NCBI GenBank assembly: GCA_013265495.1
Contig: MU057880.1
Coordinates: 186,001-250,000, forward strand
Direction of reading: 5' to 3'
Origin: Vicugna vicugna
Taxonomy: Eukaryota
Length of the DNA: 64,000 bases
Below, one piece after another: positions 1 to 11,683 of the stretch (the first letter of the stretch is position 1; each line of letters starts with the position of its first letter). The notes under the pieces are model-generated. The model saw only the letters and a list, made by a program, of their open reading frames with translations, had not been told where the DNA came from and did no database searches. Made by a program: the position numbers and the translations under genes.

Positions 1-359
1 AAATTTGTTTTATATTTATATACTTACGTTTTATTTATATGAGTAATGCTATTAGGCAAATTCAGCACATAATAGCCAGTGAATGATTTCAGAGTGTGAG
101 TACGTGTGTATAAAACGTATTAGGTGGAAACGGGTAGTCTGTTTGCCAACAGTTGACGTAGAATGTTGGACGCTGAGGCCTGTGAGCATCAACGGGGCTC
201 AAAGCAAAGTAGCCCAAGTCCAAAGCGACTTCAGGACACACAGAAAATGATCAGAAAAGGATCTGAAAATTGAATGACTCTTGGAACTGGGAACGGACCC
301 AGGTGCTACCTGTGACTAAAAGCAGAGATTGTCCTAAAACTGAGAAAAAAATAGTGGTA

Positions 360-378
360 GTGCGCCATCTAGAGGCAA
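360..378 (-). promoter_or_regulatory. Candidate CTCF-binding motif
   Basis: Minus strand reads TTGCCTCTAGATGGCGCAC, close to the CTCF core CCACTAGATGGCGC. CpG retained. Motif match only. Confidence 0.5.
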
Positions 379-472
379 TGAGGTTATTTAAACGGTTTGA
401 TGTATTTGAATGGAATGATTCTCTGACTCCACAGGCATGAGGATCTTCCCTGCAATGACAACTTCTGCAATT

Positions 473-925
473 TTATTTTTATTGAAGTCGAGTTGATTTA
501 CAATGTTGTGTTAGTTTCTGGTGTACAGCATAGTGACTCAGTGGTACATATATATATTCTTTTTCATATTCTTTTTTATTATAGGTTATTACAGGCTATT
601 GAATATAGTTCCCTGTGCTGTACAGTAAAACCTTGTTGTCTATTTATTTTATATACAGTAGTGTGTATCTGTCAATCCCAAACTCCTAATTTATTCCTCC
701 CCCTCCTTTCCCCTTTGGTAACCATAGTTTGTTTTCTATATCTGTGCGACTGTTTCTAATTTGTAAATAAGTTCACTTGTATCATATTTTAGATGCCACA
801 GATATGCAACATCATATAATATTTGTCTTTCTCTGTCTGACTCACTGCACTTGGTATGATCATCTCTAGATCCATCCATGTTGGTGCAAATAGCATTATT
901 TCAGTCTTTTTTATGGCTGAGTGGT
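473..925 (-). mobile_element. L1 3' end, 5'-truncated (cetartiodactyl-type)
   Basis: Poly-T followed by TTGAAGT..TTGATTTACAATGTTGTGTTAGTTTCTGGTGTACAGC (reverse of L1 3'UTR). Degenerate TSD caacttctgcaa (459-470) / caacttgtgcaa (926-937). Confidence 0.93.
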
Positions 926-1719
926 CAACTTGTGCAACTTAAAAGGGGGGAAATTTTCTTCCGAGAGAGATTAAAAAGCCAGTCCTTGGTCAGCTGTCAG
1001 GAAGTGAACCATATTTTAATACGTAGCAGGCATGGAAGGAAAGCCATTTCAGGCTAAAAGCCAAATTTTACAGTGTGGTTTTCTGTGTCAAGCAAACTTC
1101 AAGCAAAATAAAAACATCCAGAATCAGACATTCATGTGGAATTGAGTTTGTAGATGTACTTGATCTTGTCACAGTGGAACAAGATCGGACCTGAAGTGTG
1201 GTCTGAGGAGAGCCATGATGTGGTCAAAGTGTTATTCTGTATTTCGATTAAAAATGAAAACGAGAATTTGTTTTTCTCCTGAGACATCTCTGAATAAGCA
1301 CTCTGTAAATGCATTTAAGATCTAATTCTCCAAGATGAAATGACCTTTCTCCTACTGAAATCTTATTTTTTTAGTGTCACATTTCCAGAAAAGAATAAGG
1401 AACACCCCCATTTTAACTATAATGTTTCCTGTGTTTGGTTTGAAATTGTTTCAGTTACTCAGATCAATAAAGGAAGCAGGTTGAGGTGGGAAAATGTGAT
1501 CAGTTGAATCCAAGGTATGAAAGTTTAACAAAACCTTGAAGTTTATTTCTTTCCCAGTCTACTACTTCTCAGCATCCTGTACCTGAGAACAGAATATGCA
1601 AGATGTGTTCACACAAACCTGACGACGATACTGTGACCAAACATGTCTGGTGTGTCACCATTCACAAAGAAATTGTAAGGTGGTGTTTTTGCTAAAAATT
1701 GTCACTCCAGGCAGTTAGT

Positions 1720-2135
1720 TTAAATACATAACATATAAAACTAGGACACTTTTAGAAGAAAAAAAACTAGGAAGAAATCTCAAGGGCCTACAGCTAAGCA
1801 TTCTTAGATCTGACACAGAAGCACAGTCCACAAAAGGAAAAATTGGACATCAAAATGAAAACTTTTGTTTGGTGAAACACACCGTTAAGAAGATGAAAAG
1901 ACAAAAAGCAAGCCTCGCGCTGGGAAATGTATTTGCAAATATCTGAAAAAGGGCTGGTGTCTACAGTAGGTAAAGAATTCTCAAAACTCAACAGTGAAAA
2001 AAAAAATCAAATCAGAACATAAGCAATAGACATTTCACCTAAGATGCTTTACAGATAGCAAATAGACACATGAAAAGATGTTCAAGATTATTTGGGTTTC
2101 ATTTTAATTTCCCTGAAGTCTAATAACATCTTGTT
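1720..2135 (+). mobile_element. Old L1M ORF2 3' remnant
   Basis: L1 ORF2-like runs AAGAAGATGAAAAGACAA, TATTTGCAAATATCTGAAAAAGGGCT and CACATGAAAAGATGTTCAA. The last ~45 bp are inverted. Confidence 0.8.
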
Positions 2136-3149
2136 GAACAGCTAGATATAGTCTGTTACTAAACCAGATTTTCTGCAGCTTAAATCATTTCCATGTTGAA
2201 GAATAACTTTTTATAGAATATATCAATGTTCTTGAGAGTCAGGAGAGAAAAAAAACAAAGTGACCCTATTACAGATCAGCAACTTGGCGAGGGCACTGCA
2301 CTGGGACAAAGCCATGAAAGAGGGGGGTCAGCTCTTCCCCCCGGATTATAGCTCCCAGGCCAGCAGGGCTCTCTCCCAGCCTCCCATCTGAGGTGACACC
2401 ACTGGGAAAATTCTCATCAACATTAAAAATGCGTTTGTGTAAATCTTACCAAGGCTGGCTAGGGCGTAAATGAAAGCCTCTCCCTGAATCTCAAAATAGC
2501 CTTTGCCAACTTTTGACTTCATGCATAGAGATGCTACTTTATTATTTAAGCGCTCGGATAAACACAATCTCTCATACACATCAAACACATCTTTCAAGCA
2601 CTTTTCTTTGACCAGCTCTCCTCTTATCTCCAGGTGGCATGGACTTCAGTTGGAAACGTTTTGACAAAGGGTTAGAATAAAATACATTGCACAACATCTA
2701 GCCTAAGACTGCAGAAATAAATGCATTTTTTCTTTATGGTTATTACATTAGAATAAGTGTGGGATAAAAAAGGGAGAAAAATACACAAATCCAAGTGACT
2801 TGATATACAGAATAATGTAAAGAAAAACTGACATATGCTTTTATCTCATAGTTGTCCCAAAATTTCAGGGAAAAGACAAATATATTCAAAAACAAATCCA
2901 AAACTGTATGGGAAAAACAGGGAGAGATGTTATCAGCAGTTGAAAATAAACTGAAGAAATATACATGGCAACACAGGGCGAGTCAGGTGCTGATCAGAGA
3001 TGCTATGTGAAGGTTTTGGGAAACACCTGGTAATTGCCACCCAGAATCCAGGTACATGCTGTCTTCTACTCTTCCTGCCCTCTCAGAAGGGAAGCTCAGA
3101 AGCCTAAATGTTCCAATCCAGCTTCAATACCCATGAAACAAGCATAATT

Positions 3150-3299
3150 TTTCCTCCTTTTTTTTTTTTTAAATTGAAGTATAGTCAGTTACAATGTGTG
3201 TCAATTTCTGGTGTACAGCATCATGTTTCAGTCCTACATATACATACATATATTCCTTTTCATATTCTTTTTCATTATAGGTTACTACAAGATATTGTA
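3150..3299 (-). mobile_element. Short L1 3' end
   Basis: Poly-T then AATTGAAGTATAGTCAGTTACAATGTGTGTCAATTTCTGGTGTACAGC. Flanked by gaaacaagc at 3135 and 3300. Confidence 0.9.
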
Positions 3300-3844
3300 G
3301 AAACAAGCGTTTTTAACAAACATATTTAACTCCTTATCAATTTCTCTGTTAGTTCATAACGTATAGAAAGAATCAATGCGCTCAGCGATCACAGACTCGC
3401 TGCATGTTTTACACAATGCCCAGCACAATGTTCCACTTACAAGCGTGGTAAATGCTAAAGGATTGACAGAAAGAACTTTAATTCTTTTGCCTATCCTTCA
3501 AAACTTTTTTAAATTTAAATTCACAATTTAAATTCTATATGATTGACTTAATATACATAGGTAGCCAGGCTGTGGCTTACAAAATATTTTTCTAAATTAT
3601 TTTAAACCTGTGATTAGCTTACACATAAAAAAAAAATCACTCAAAAAATAATTTTTTAATCATGAAGTGTAGTGAATGTTAATGCTACAATTACGATTGC
3701 ATTTTTCATAATTCTAATGAAAGTAGTTTTATGTATAATTATTCCAAAGAGCCACAAACACTTAGCAAATAAAGAAATAGTTCTTCCTTCCTTTCCCTCT
3801 GTTTTTTTTTCTTCCTTTTCCTTCTTCCTTTCTTTTTTTTCCAT

Positions 3845-3970
3845 AAGCCATCCAACAGATATATAAATATTTTAGCATCTTCTATGTGGCAGGCCCTGTT
3901 CTAAGCACTGGAAAACATGATGGGAAATGGTAGATAATATCCTCGATCCAGAAGAGTTTACATTCTTGAG
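3845..3970 (-). mobile_element. L2 3' fragment
   Basis: CTATGTGGCAGGCCCTGTTCTAAGCACTGG..GAGTTTACATTCT resembles the reverse of the L2 3' end. Confidence 0.65.
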
Positions 3971-4097
3971 AAAGGTGTTTTAATTAGGAATAGGTCTAGC
4001 CTTGAATGATGGGGAAAAAAACTTAAAAATTGGAGAAGAAACTTATAAACTGTGTTTGTGGTCCAGGACCAGTTGTGGTGACTTGGTGATTATCAGG

Positions 4098-4277
4098 CAG
4101 GTCTGCCAAGTACAGTTGTACAGGTTCTGCACTGCACAATTCTAAAGCCTGTCATTCAAATAATAGACATTGTAGTTTTTTTAAACAATTTTACACAAAT
4201 GGAAACAAACTCTGCAATGAGGAATGCCTTTCTTCTACTTCATCCAAAGGCGCCATCTAGGCTAGTGAAGACACCTC
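4098..4277. mobile_element. MER91-like hAT-Tip100 MITE
   Basis: Starts CAGGTCTGCCAAGTACAGTTGTACAGGTTCTGCACTGCACAA and ends AAAGGCGCCATCTAGGCTAGT, resembling MER91 termini. Confidence 0.7.
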
Positions 4278-5632
4278 AGTCCCCTCATCTTACAGCTTCT
4301 GCTTTGTGAGACTCAGCCAGCTCTACAATTCAGCCCGTGGGACAGAACAGGACATACATTCTCCCTTTAAGCGCACTTTCTAAGGTTACTCATTCTATTC
4401 GTGTTCATGTGTCATCATGTGCACTTAGAGCCACAACCAGCTTAAGCTGCAAAAGAGACTGAAAATGTGCTTTGTGCTGGGTTGTCATATGTCGGACTAA
4501 CGATCTGGAGGTGTTCTGGCTCCTGTCAAAATGGAAATTAGAATTGCTGCTACTCTCTCCCCCGAAATAAACCATGGAGAGGCCGTGCACATTCATACAC
4601 TTACACGTGGCAGATAATCAAGGTTTTAAAACTGCATTTGCTAGTGCACACTTGGGGAGATCTTTATTTCTCTGTGTTGTCCACAGGATCTGCACAGTGT
4701 TATGCAAAAAAAAAATAGGCATTCAATATATATCCGATGAAAGATTGATCAATTCCACTTCTGACCATACTATACGAGAAAGAGAAAGCTCACTCTGCCT
4801 GATAATTCACCATATGCCTGAAGACTGACATCATCACCCTCTCAGACTTTTCTTCTGAACCAGCTAATCTGCATTCCTTTATCTTTTCTCATGGATTTGG
4901 GTCAGAGAACTTCATTATCTTCTAAGCGATGCTACAAGCTCTTTCCACCTGGACCACATGAACAAATCTGATAAACCCCAAAAGGCAGTTAGTCCATAAA
5001 AGAGATTACCAGATTCCATCAACTGTCTCCAACAGACTGAAAATTTTGTAGACATTTTTCCACAAAGAAGACCTGTGGACGGAGGTGTTTTATCATTGTT
5101 TTTAAAGAGCATATATGTTCTATGATGGTTTTCGCTAAGTTCTCTCTTAGAATGTATTTGCTTCGTTTTTTTAGTGCCCTAAAACAAAGCGTCCTTTTCT
5201 GCTCAGGGCTTTTCATGCTTTGTCTGAGTTCCTCAAAACAAGCCTGTAGCCAAGTTTTAAACCCCCTGAGAAACCTACAAGTTACACACTTTTATTCCCA
5301 TTCATTCTTTTACTGCACTTGATCATAGAATTCTGTCTTTCTGATATTTCTTCTCTTTGCACTTGACTAATAGCTAATTTACCAAAATCTAACTCTGTGA
5401 AGGAAATTAAGGGGCTGGGAAAACTACTTATTCCCTTGAGTTTGCTGCAGGCTTCAACCATAAGAGCTACTTTTTCTTAAGAAAAAATAAAAAGACTATT
5501 CTTCAGGGTGACAGGATAAAGCCCAGGAATCCTTAACTCTTTTGTTTGTTTAAAATAAGCAAACTTCACACACAGTGATGATAAAAGACACCTTTTAATA
5601 TGCAAAGCCCTTTTAGCCTGCATCCTTGAAGT

Positions 5633-5740
5633 CATCATTCATTATTTCATTCATTTTTGGAATCTCTCCTGTGTGCCAGGCATCCTTCTAGCCCTGAGAA
5701 CATAGTGATGAACAGAAGACCCTTGTCGTCATGGAAGCAA
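5633..5740 (-). mobile_element. L2 3' fragment
   Basis: CATTCATT..CTGTGTGCCAGGCATCCTTCTAGCCCTGAGAACATAGTGATGAACAGA. Confidence 0.65.
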
Positions 5741-6068
5741 AACAAAATTTCCAATCAATTTAAAGCCTACTTATCCTTCAAAATATGAAATGCTTCTATA
5801 ATGTAAGCCAGACAACATGCTTTCACGCACAAGCTTTCTTGATGGAATTGTAATTCTTGATCTAAAATTCCTGATCTAAATACAAATAAAGTACATTATC
5901 AAAGATTTTTTTTTTCTCGGGATCATTCATGGCTTTAGCTAAAATAATGTAAACAAAGACAAAAAGATGAAACTTCCAATAGAAGTGTGAATACGATCTT
6001 AATTTATACTTACTTTCCTACACTTGTAAGAAATTACACAGAAACAGTGAAAATGTATTCACAAGCCA

Positions 6069-6073
6069 TCACA

Positions 6074-6105
<32 letters not shown>
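6069..6105. repeat. (CA)n microsatellite
   Basis: Direct CA run. Confidence 0.95.
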
Positions 6106-6107
<2 letters not shown>

Positions 6108-6883
6108 GCATTCTCATATCTTGAGTTTCCCATTTTATTAAGTATTTAACTATGTCACGTAAATACTTAGTTTGAACTATAAATACATAGCTTGAACTAA
6201 TTATTTATGCTCATTTGAAACATTGTATCACATCATAATAGCTAGTAGGCAGCTTAAGGGAATCTTGTCATATCTTATCTTGTATGTATTGAAACTTAAC
6301 ATCATTCAACACTGAATACGGATAGAGTTACTATTTTAGTGCATTAAGTGAAATTATCCAAAAACAAATAAAAATACAGTTACGGATATATGTTAAAACC
6401 ATTAATACTTAAAGGATCACTTCTTGTGTCCTTTGCATTAACAAAAATATACACTGCTGTTCTAAACTCTCATTACAAAGTAGCCTTTTGAGCCTTGGTT
6501 ACCTACTCCTTCCTATTAATTATAAGGAATATGCATTCACATATTTAAACTAAATTTCCCTTAAAATTTCACTACCAACAAGTTTAAATAGATACTTGAC
6601 TTCACCAAACAGCCTCTTAATCCATTTTTCCAAATTGTCGTGTGTCACACTTTCAACTCCAGAACAGTCAATAATATCAATTTAGGCTTATTGTTTTCCA
6701 GTCTGTTTTCACTGCTTTCTGCTCACCTACTGCATCAGCAATTCATTCTAACTGGTTGCTGTTAGGCAATAGATTTTTTCTCATCTTGTCTTCATGAGAA
6801 TAATTCAAAGTATCAAGACACTGGAAATTCAAAGACTTTGGAAGCAGTGGTTTTGTTATAAAGAAATGTGTTTATATAGACAA

Positions 6884-7070
6884 TCTGAAGCTAGTCTGCC
6901 TGGGCTGAACCCCAGGTCCTCTGTGAACAGCAAGTTTTGAGAGCTCTCCATGCTTCTATTTCTTCTCTGCAAAAACAGGAATAATAAAAGCATATACTTT
7001 ATCATGATATTATGAGGATTAAAAGAATTAACGTTTTTAGAGCACTTAAAAAAGTGCTATATGTTTGCTA
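6884..7070 (+). mobile_element. MIR SINE
   Basis: MIR core-like TTTCTTCTCTGCAAAAACAGGAATAATAA..ATGAGGATTAAAAGAATTAA..AGCACTTA. Confidence 0.75.
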
Positions 7071-7471
7071 AGTTAATCATTTAAATAAAAATGTTTTTAA
7101 ATTCATTTGTCCATTTCCTTACCACCACATTTAACACACACAGTCAGAGATGTGTTTTACCGAGAAAAAAATTTAAGTACTTCATGAACAAATTATATTA
7201 CTTCAATATCAGCGAGTTATTGACAGAATTCCTTTTTGGAATGACAGGAATTCAAGACACACGATGACAACAGTATGTAATTTGGAAAAGCAAGTACAGT
7301 TCCCCGTGCACATTAGAGAGATGCCGCTTTAGAGTCAAATAATGCCACGGATGGATAGAGCTTGACCCATTTCTTCACATAGACTGTAGGAATTGATGAA
7401 AAATGTGCTGGCTTTCTTTCTGTTGCTGAAAACTCATGATACAGTAGAAGAGATTTTTTTTTTCCCTTTAG

Positions 7472-7692
7472 TTAACAATTTCTTTGTGCACCAAAATGTA
7501 GCCGAGAAAAAGCAAAAATATGTTATGATCAGTACAAACAGAGTAGCAGCTACGGATGCAGCAATAAAGAATGTAGCTCCTCAAATTAAAAAGCCTGTTC
7601 CCGAATGCCAATTACCACACTCCATTAATCATAGGGAACAGTTGGCATTGCCTCCTGATCTTGATTCAACATTGAAGCCAATTGTGAAAAAT
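7472..7692 (+). other. Candidate internal exon, 221 bp, one open frame, product unknown
   Basis: Acceptor TTTTTTTTTTCCCTTTAG ends at 7471 and donor AAT|GTGAGT starts at 7693. Open frame NNFFVHQNVAEKKQKYV...STLKPIVKN. Peptide not recognised. Confidence 0.3.
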
Positions 7693-8284
7693 GTGAGTGT
7701 AATTATATTGTGCCCCTGAGCATAGGTATTTTCAGGTTGCCCAACAAAAAATAAAAAATAGGCAGTGATATGAGAGCCTGCTTTTTCCTGCTCGAGATGC
7801 TGGCCATTAAGAGAAAAGGTGTGCACACAGGCTGGGGAGTGAGGGAATAAAACCAGGGTATATAGATGTGTGTGTCTGATGAATTCCCTTGAACATCCTA
7901 AAAGTCGTCACTTCAGAAAATAATAATTTTGAGGCTGGGATATACTAAGCAGACTGGACTATAAAGAGGATAATTACCTGTTAGAGAAAGTAACCAAAGG
8001 CTTGTTACTAGGCGTGCTTTTCAATAACTTGAAAATGCATCACAGAGCAAGAAGAAATGTTTTCCAGAGCCAAATCTGTTAGTTTGGGTTACGAAGCATT
8101 TTACTATTACCTTCTAGGTTGAAAAACATTCCGGGCTCCAGGTGTGAGGTGATTTGTTATACTCACCATCTGTCATTTAGCCCAGAACTGGAAGTATCCA
8201 TCCAGCTTCCCCAAAACAATTTGGCTCTTCCGTAAATGGAGTCCTTCTAAGCTGGTTGTTCCAACTTTGTAGCCATGACTTCTT

Positions 8285-8700
8285 GTGGTAGATTTATTGA
8301 CTACAAGACTTTTAACCTCTCTGCATCCAATCCCCTGTGATGGAGTCTTCGTTGGAAGAGGAGGGTGAATAGCGTATCCTCAGCCCTTGACTTTGGTCTT
8401 GACCATGGCACTTGTTTTGGTCAATGTGGTATCAGCAAACAAGTAGGAGTGTGATGTGAACTTGTCCGGGGAGGGAATGCCTCCTTTTCCCATCTCTGCC
8501 ATCTTCACTAGGAGAACACGTGACCTCGAGCTGCTTGTCCAAGAAGGATGAGGAACACGTGCAGCGGAAGGACCCCGCTGACCCAGGGCATGGATCTGGA
8601 TGCAAAGACTGGCGAGCGAAAGGCAGACTTACTTGGCACACCTCTGAGGTTTCCTGATCGCCTGCCCTGTTACCGTGGAAGGAGTCCCCCAGTGCAAATG
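8285..8700 (+). mobile_element. MaLR solo LTR (MLT1I/J-like)
   Basis: Starts TGTGGTAGA. Contains CCCTTGACTTTGGTCTTGACCATGGCACTTGTTTTGGTCAATG and TCCAAGAAGGATGAGGAACACGTG. Confidence 0.7.
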
Positions 8701-8816
8701 TGTCAGTGGAAATTCTCTCGGCTCTGGCTATGGCTCGTCAAGCAGAAGTAGATATTTGGGATAAAGATTAAAAACAGTATAGATTTTTAAAAGCGAGCAT
8801 TATCAACAGTATTTTT

Positions 8817-8956
8817 TAGATCAATTTACTTCTCCATTTTATTTTTTTGTATATATGTATTTTTATTGAAGTACAGTCCTGTAGATGATCATTCTAAGTG
8901 AAATAAGCCAGAAAGAGAAAGAAAAATACCATATGATATCACTTATATGTGGAATC
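8817..8956 (-). mobile_element. Tiny 5'-inverted L1 insertion
   Basis: Minus-strand tail plus TTTTATTGAAGTACAGTC joined to plus-strand L1 sequence CATTCTAAGTGAAATAAGCCAGAAAGAGAAAG..TGTGGAATCT. TSD 8801-8816 / 8957-8972 (14/16 identical). Confidence 0.88.
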
Positions 8957-9802
8957 TATCAGCAATATTTTTAATCTTGCCTTATTTTATTGTTCCTAAA
9001 TTGTGATTTTTTTCAGTTTACCATGTGTTTCTTTTACACGTTGAAAGCCTATTGTACAGAATAAAATTGCTCAAAGTATAAAAAACACTGAATTAAAAAG
9101 TGATGTCGAATATAACTTTAAAAAGCAAAAAAGATACTTTGAATTGCTAAGTCAGCAATTTTTTCTTCCATACACATACACACATTACCTTAAATTGTTA
9201 GGGGAAAAATATCCCACATTTTTTCCCATGTGTATATTACCCTTATTTAACGCCATATATTCATGTTACTCACGTGGATAACGTATGCTTACGTAAAACC
9301 TGTCCTAAACAATTCAGAATCACTTCTTGGAAATGGTATAAGCAACCAGATTCCATTCCTGTAATTGCTGCTCAGACAATGCTTCTCTTGTCTTTCCCAG
9401 TGTCTGCTAACTATATAATTTGTTCCCTCTACCACATGAGCCAAATTGGCTTTGATGGTTGAGATACTTTATTGAAGACACTTGATGTGACCATATGGGA
9501 CATTAAAAATAGCTAGAGTCACAGTAGACATTTCAGACCCTTCATATTTTGCTGTATTTTCACATTATTCCTGATATATTTGGAACCATGGCTCATTGGA
9601 AGCTTAATTGTTTTATAAAGATTTCTGTAAAATCCAGAGACCATGAAATTATTCTCCCTATTTTGTTTTCTTTGTTAAGAGTTATTCTTGGTGAGGATAG
9701 GGGACAAGAGCAAAAACTGGTGATTAAAAGTCTTCAAAAACTCTACTATATGAAAACTCCCAAATATGTTTTATAGCTAAAATAAAAGTTAACATATTAA
9801 AA

Positions 9803-10311
9803 TTTTTTATTGAAGTATAGGCAGTTTACAATGTTGTGTCAATCTCTGTGTACAGCACAGTGCTTCAGTCACACATATACATGCAGATATTTGTTTTCAT
9901 ATTCTTTTTCAGTGTAGGTTACTACAGGATATTGAATATAGTTCCCTGTGCTGTACAGTATGAATTTGTTGTTTATATATTTTGTTTATAGTTGTGTGTA
10001 TCTGCAAATCTCAAATTCCCAATTTATCCCTTCCCCACCGCCTTCTGCAACTGGTAACCATAAGTTTGTTTTCTGTGTCTATGAATCTGTTTCTATTTTG
10101 TAAATAAGCTCATTTGTGTCTTTTTTTTTTTTTAGATTACACATATGAGTGATAACATATGATATTTTTCTTTCTTTTTCTGGCTTACTTCACTTAGAAT
10201 AACAATCTTCTGGTCTATCCATGTTGCAGCAAATGACATTATTTTATTCTTCTTTAAGGCTGAGTAGTATTCCATTGTATAAATAGACCACAACTTCTTT
10301 ATTCAGTCATC
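9803..10311 (-). mobile_element. L1 3' end, 5'-truncated
   Basis: Reverse L1 3'UTR and ORF2 end. TSD taacatattaaa (9790-9801) / taacattttaaa (10312-10323). Confidence 0.93.
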
Positions 10312-10790
10312 TAACATTTTAAAGGGTATAACATCTAACACTTGTTCTGGAAAAAATATCACTCAGATTCTGACTTCATTCGATTAGACATATCCTTCAT
10401 TAAAATTTGATCATTCGCCCCCAAAATTTGTCTGACTACATCCATGGTGCTGACTTACCTTGCCCTAAGATTTAATGATGCTGCTGGTGTTGGAGGTCAT
10501 GGTCGTGGTGGTGGTTTTAATCAATACAAGAGGACAAAAGCTCAGGACGATTCTTAAATTTTTTTTTAATTTTCAATTTTTTTTTAAATTTTTGCCACTG
10601 TAACTCATTTTATCAAAGTAAGAAGACATCTAAAACACACTGATTCATCATTCTTTGCTCACTAATACATGTAGTGTAAAAGATGCATTTTACTGAGGCT
10701 ATGTTATTCTCACTTGATATGTGATATATGATATAAATTTGTTCTAAGACTAGTGGGCCTGTAGGTACAATAATCAAGAGGTTTTTTTTA

Positions 10791-10905
10791 AGTTATTAGA
10801 GTTTATTTTATTGTATATGTATTTTTTTTTAGTGGAGGTACTGGGGATTGAACTCAGAACATTGTGCATGCTAAGCATGTGCTCTACCAAGTTATACCCT
10901 ACCCC
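10791..10905 (-). mobile_element. tRNA-derived SINE (Vic-1-like)
   Basis: Reverse of GGGGTAGGGTATAAC..GGTAGAGCACATGCTTAGCATGCAC..GTTCAATCCCCAGTACCTCC. TSD caagag(g/a)tttttttt at 10775 and 10906. Confidence 0.9.
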
Positions 10906-10924
10906 CAAGAGATTTTTTTTTTAA

Positions 10925-11300
10925 TCCTTTGTGCAAGGCACTTTTTCAAGCACTTTACACCTCCCAAAATCTATGAGCTGGCTTGTTTATTATCTCCATC
11001 ATCACACAGAGAAGGAAACCAACAGCCTTGACAGGTAAATTTGCCCAAATTCAGATGGTTCATGGGTACAGACTCATACAGTCTGCCTTACAAGATGATG
11101 CTCTCCTGCAGTCTGCTATGCTGCCTCAAAAATAAGGACAAGAATTTCAACAACAACTATGTGATGCGTTAGGCATGGTTCTGAGTGTAGTACATATATT
11201 CATCTTCAGGGTGGGTATAATTATTATCCCATTTTACAGATGAGAAAACCTAGATCCAGGGAGTTTAAATAGCTTGCCCAAACTCACACAATTAGAAAGA
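10925..11300 (-). mobile_element. Two adjacent MIR fragments
   Basis: ATTATCTCCATC..AGAAGGAAACC..TTGCCCAA and ATTATCCCATTTTACAGATGAGAAAAC..TTGCCCAA (reverse MIR core). Confidence 0.8.
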
Positions 11301-11683
11301 TCACTCTCTGGGTATTAATTTCTATTTATCTCTTGTGTGATCCTCCCTTCCCCTTTTCCCAGAAAAGTGGTCTCTCCTTAATGTGTCCTTACCTATAGGC
11401 TTATGTTACAGGTTGAAAAGCAGAAAAACCATCATGAGAGCAGGAGGATTCTTTAATTTTGTTTTTGTTTGTTTTCCAGAGGTAATCCCAGTGAGATTAT
11501 GCTCAGTAATTCGGAGACAGTAAAGAGAAAGACAGGAAGAGATGAGAACAAGGGAGCTTTCCGTAGCTGGGAAAAGGAGGGAAGATGGTGGGTTCCCCGG
11601 AAGAGAAAAACATTTCCTTCCCACTTGTGGTCCTCAGGTGCACAAGTGCTCAGAGGAAAAAGAAATAGCTTTGTGACCCCCTG

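Noticed and set aside
4915..5275. Minus-strand ~85-codon open frame after an AG (FLRGFKTWLQACFEELRQ...)
   Set aside because: Weak polypyrimidine tract, no clear donor, no recognisable homology.
7629..7826. Minus-strand ORF containing TIGFNVE, an ARF/ARL-like motif
   Set aside because: No P-loop upstream, no WDxGGQ downstream, and a stop follows shortly. Treated as a chance match.
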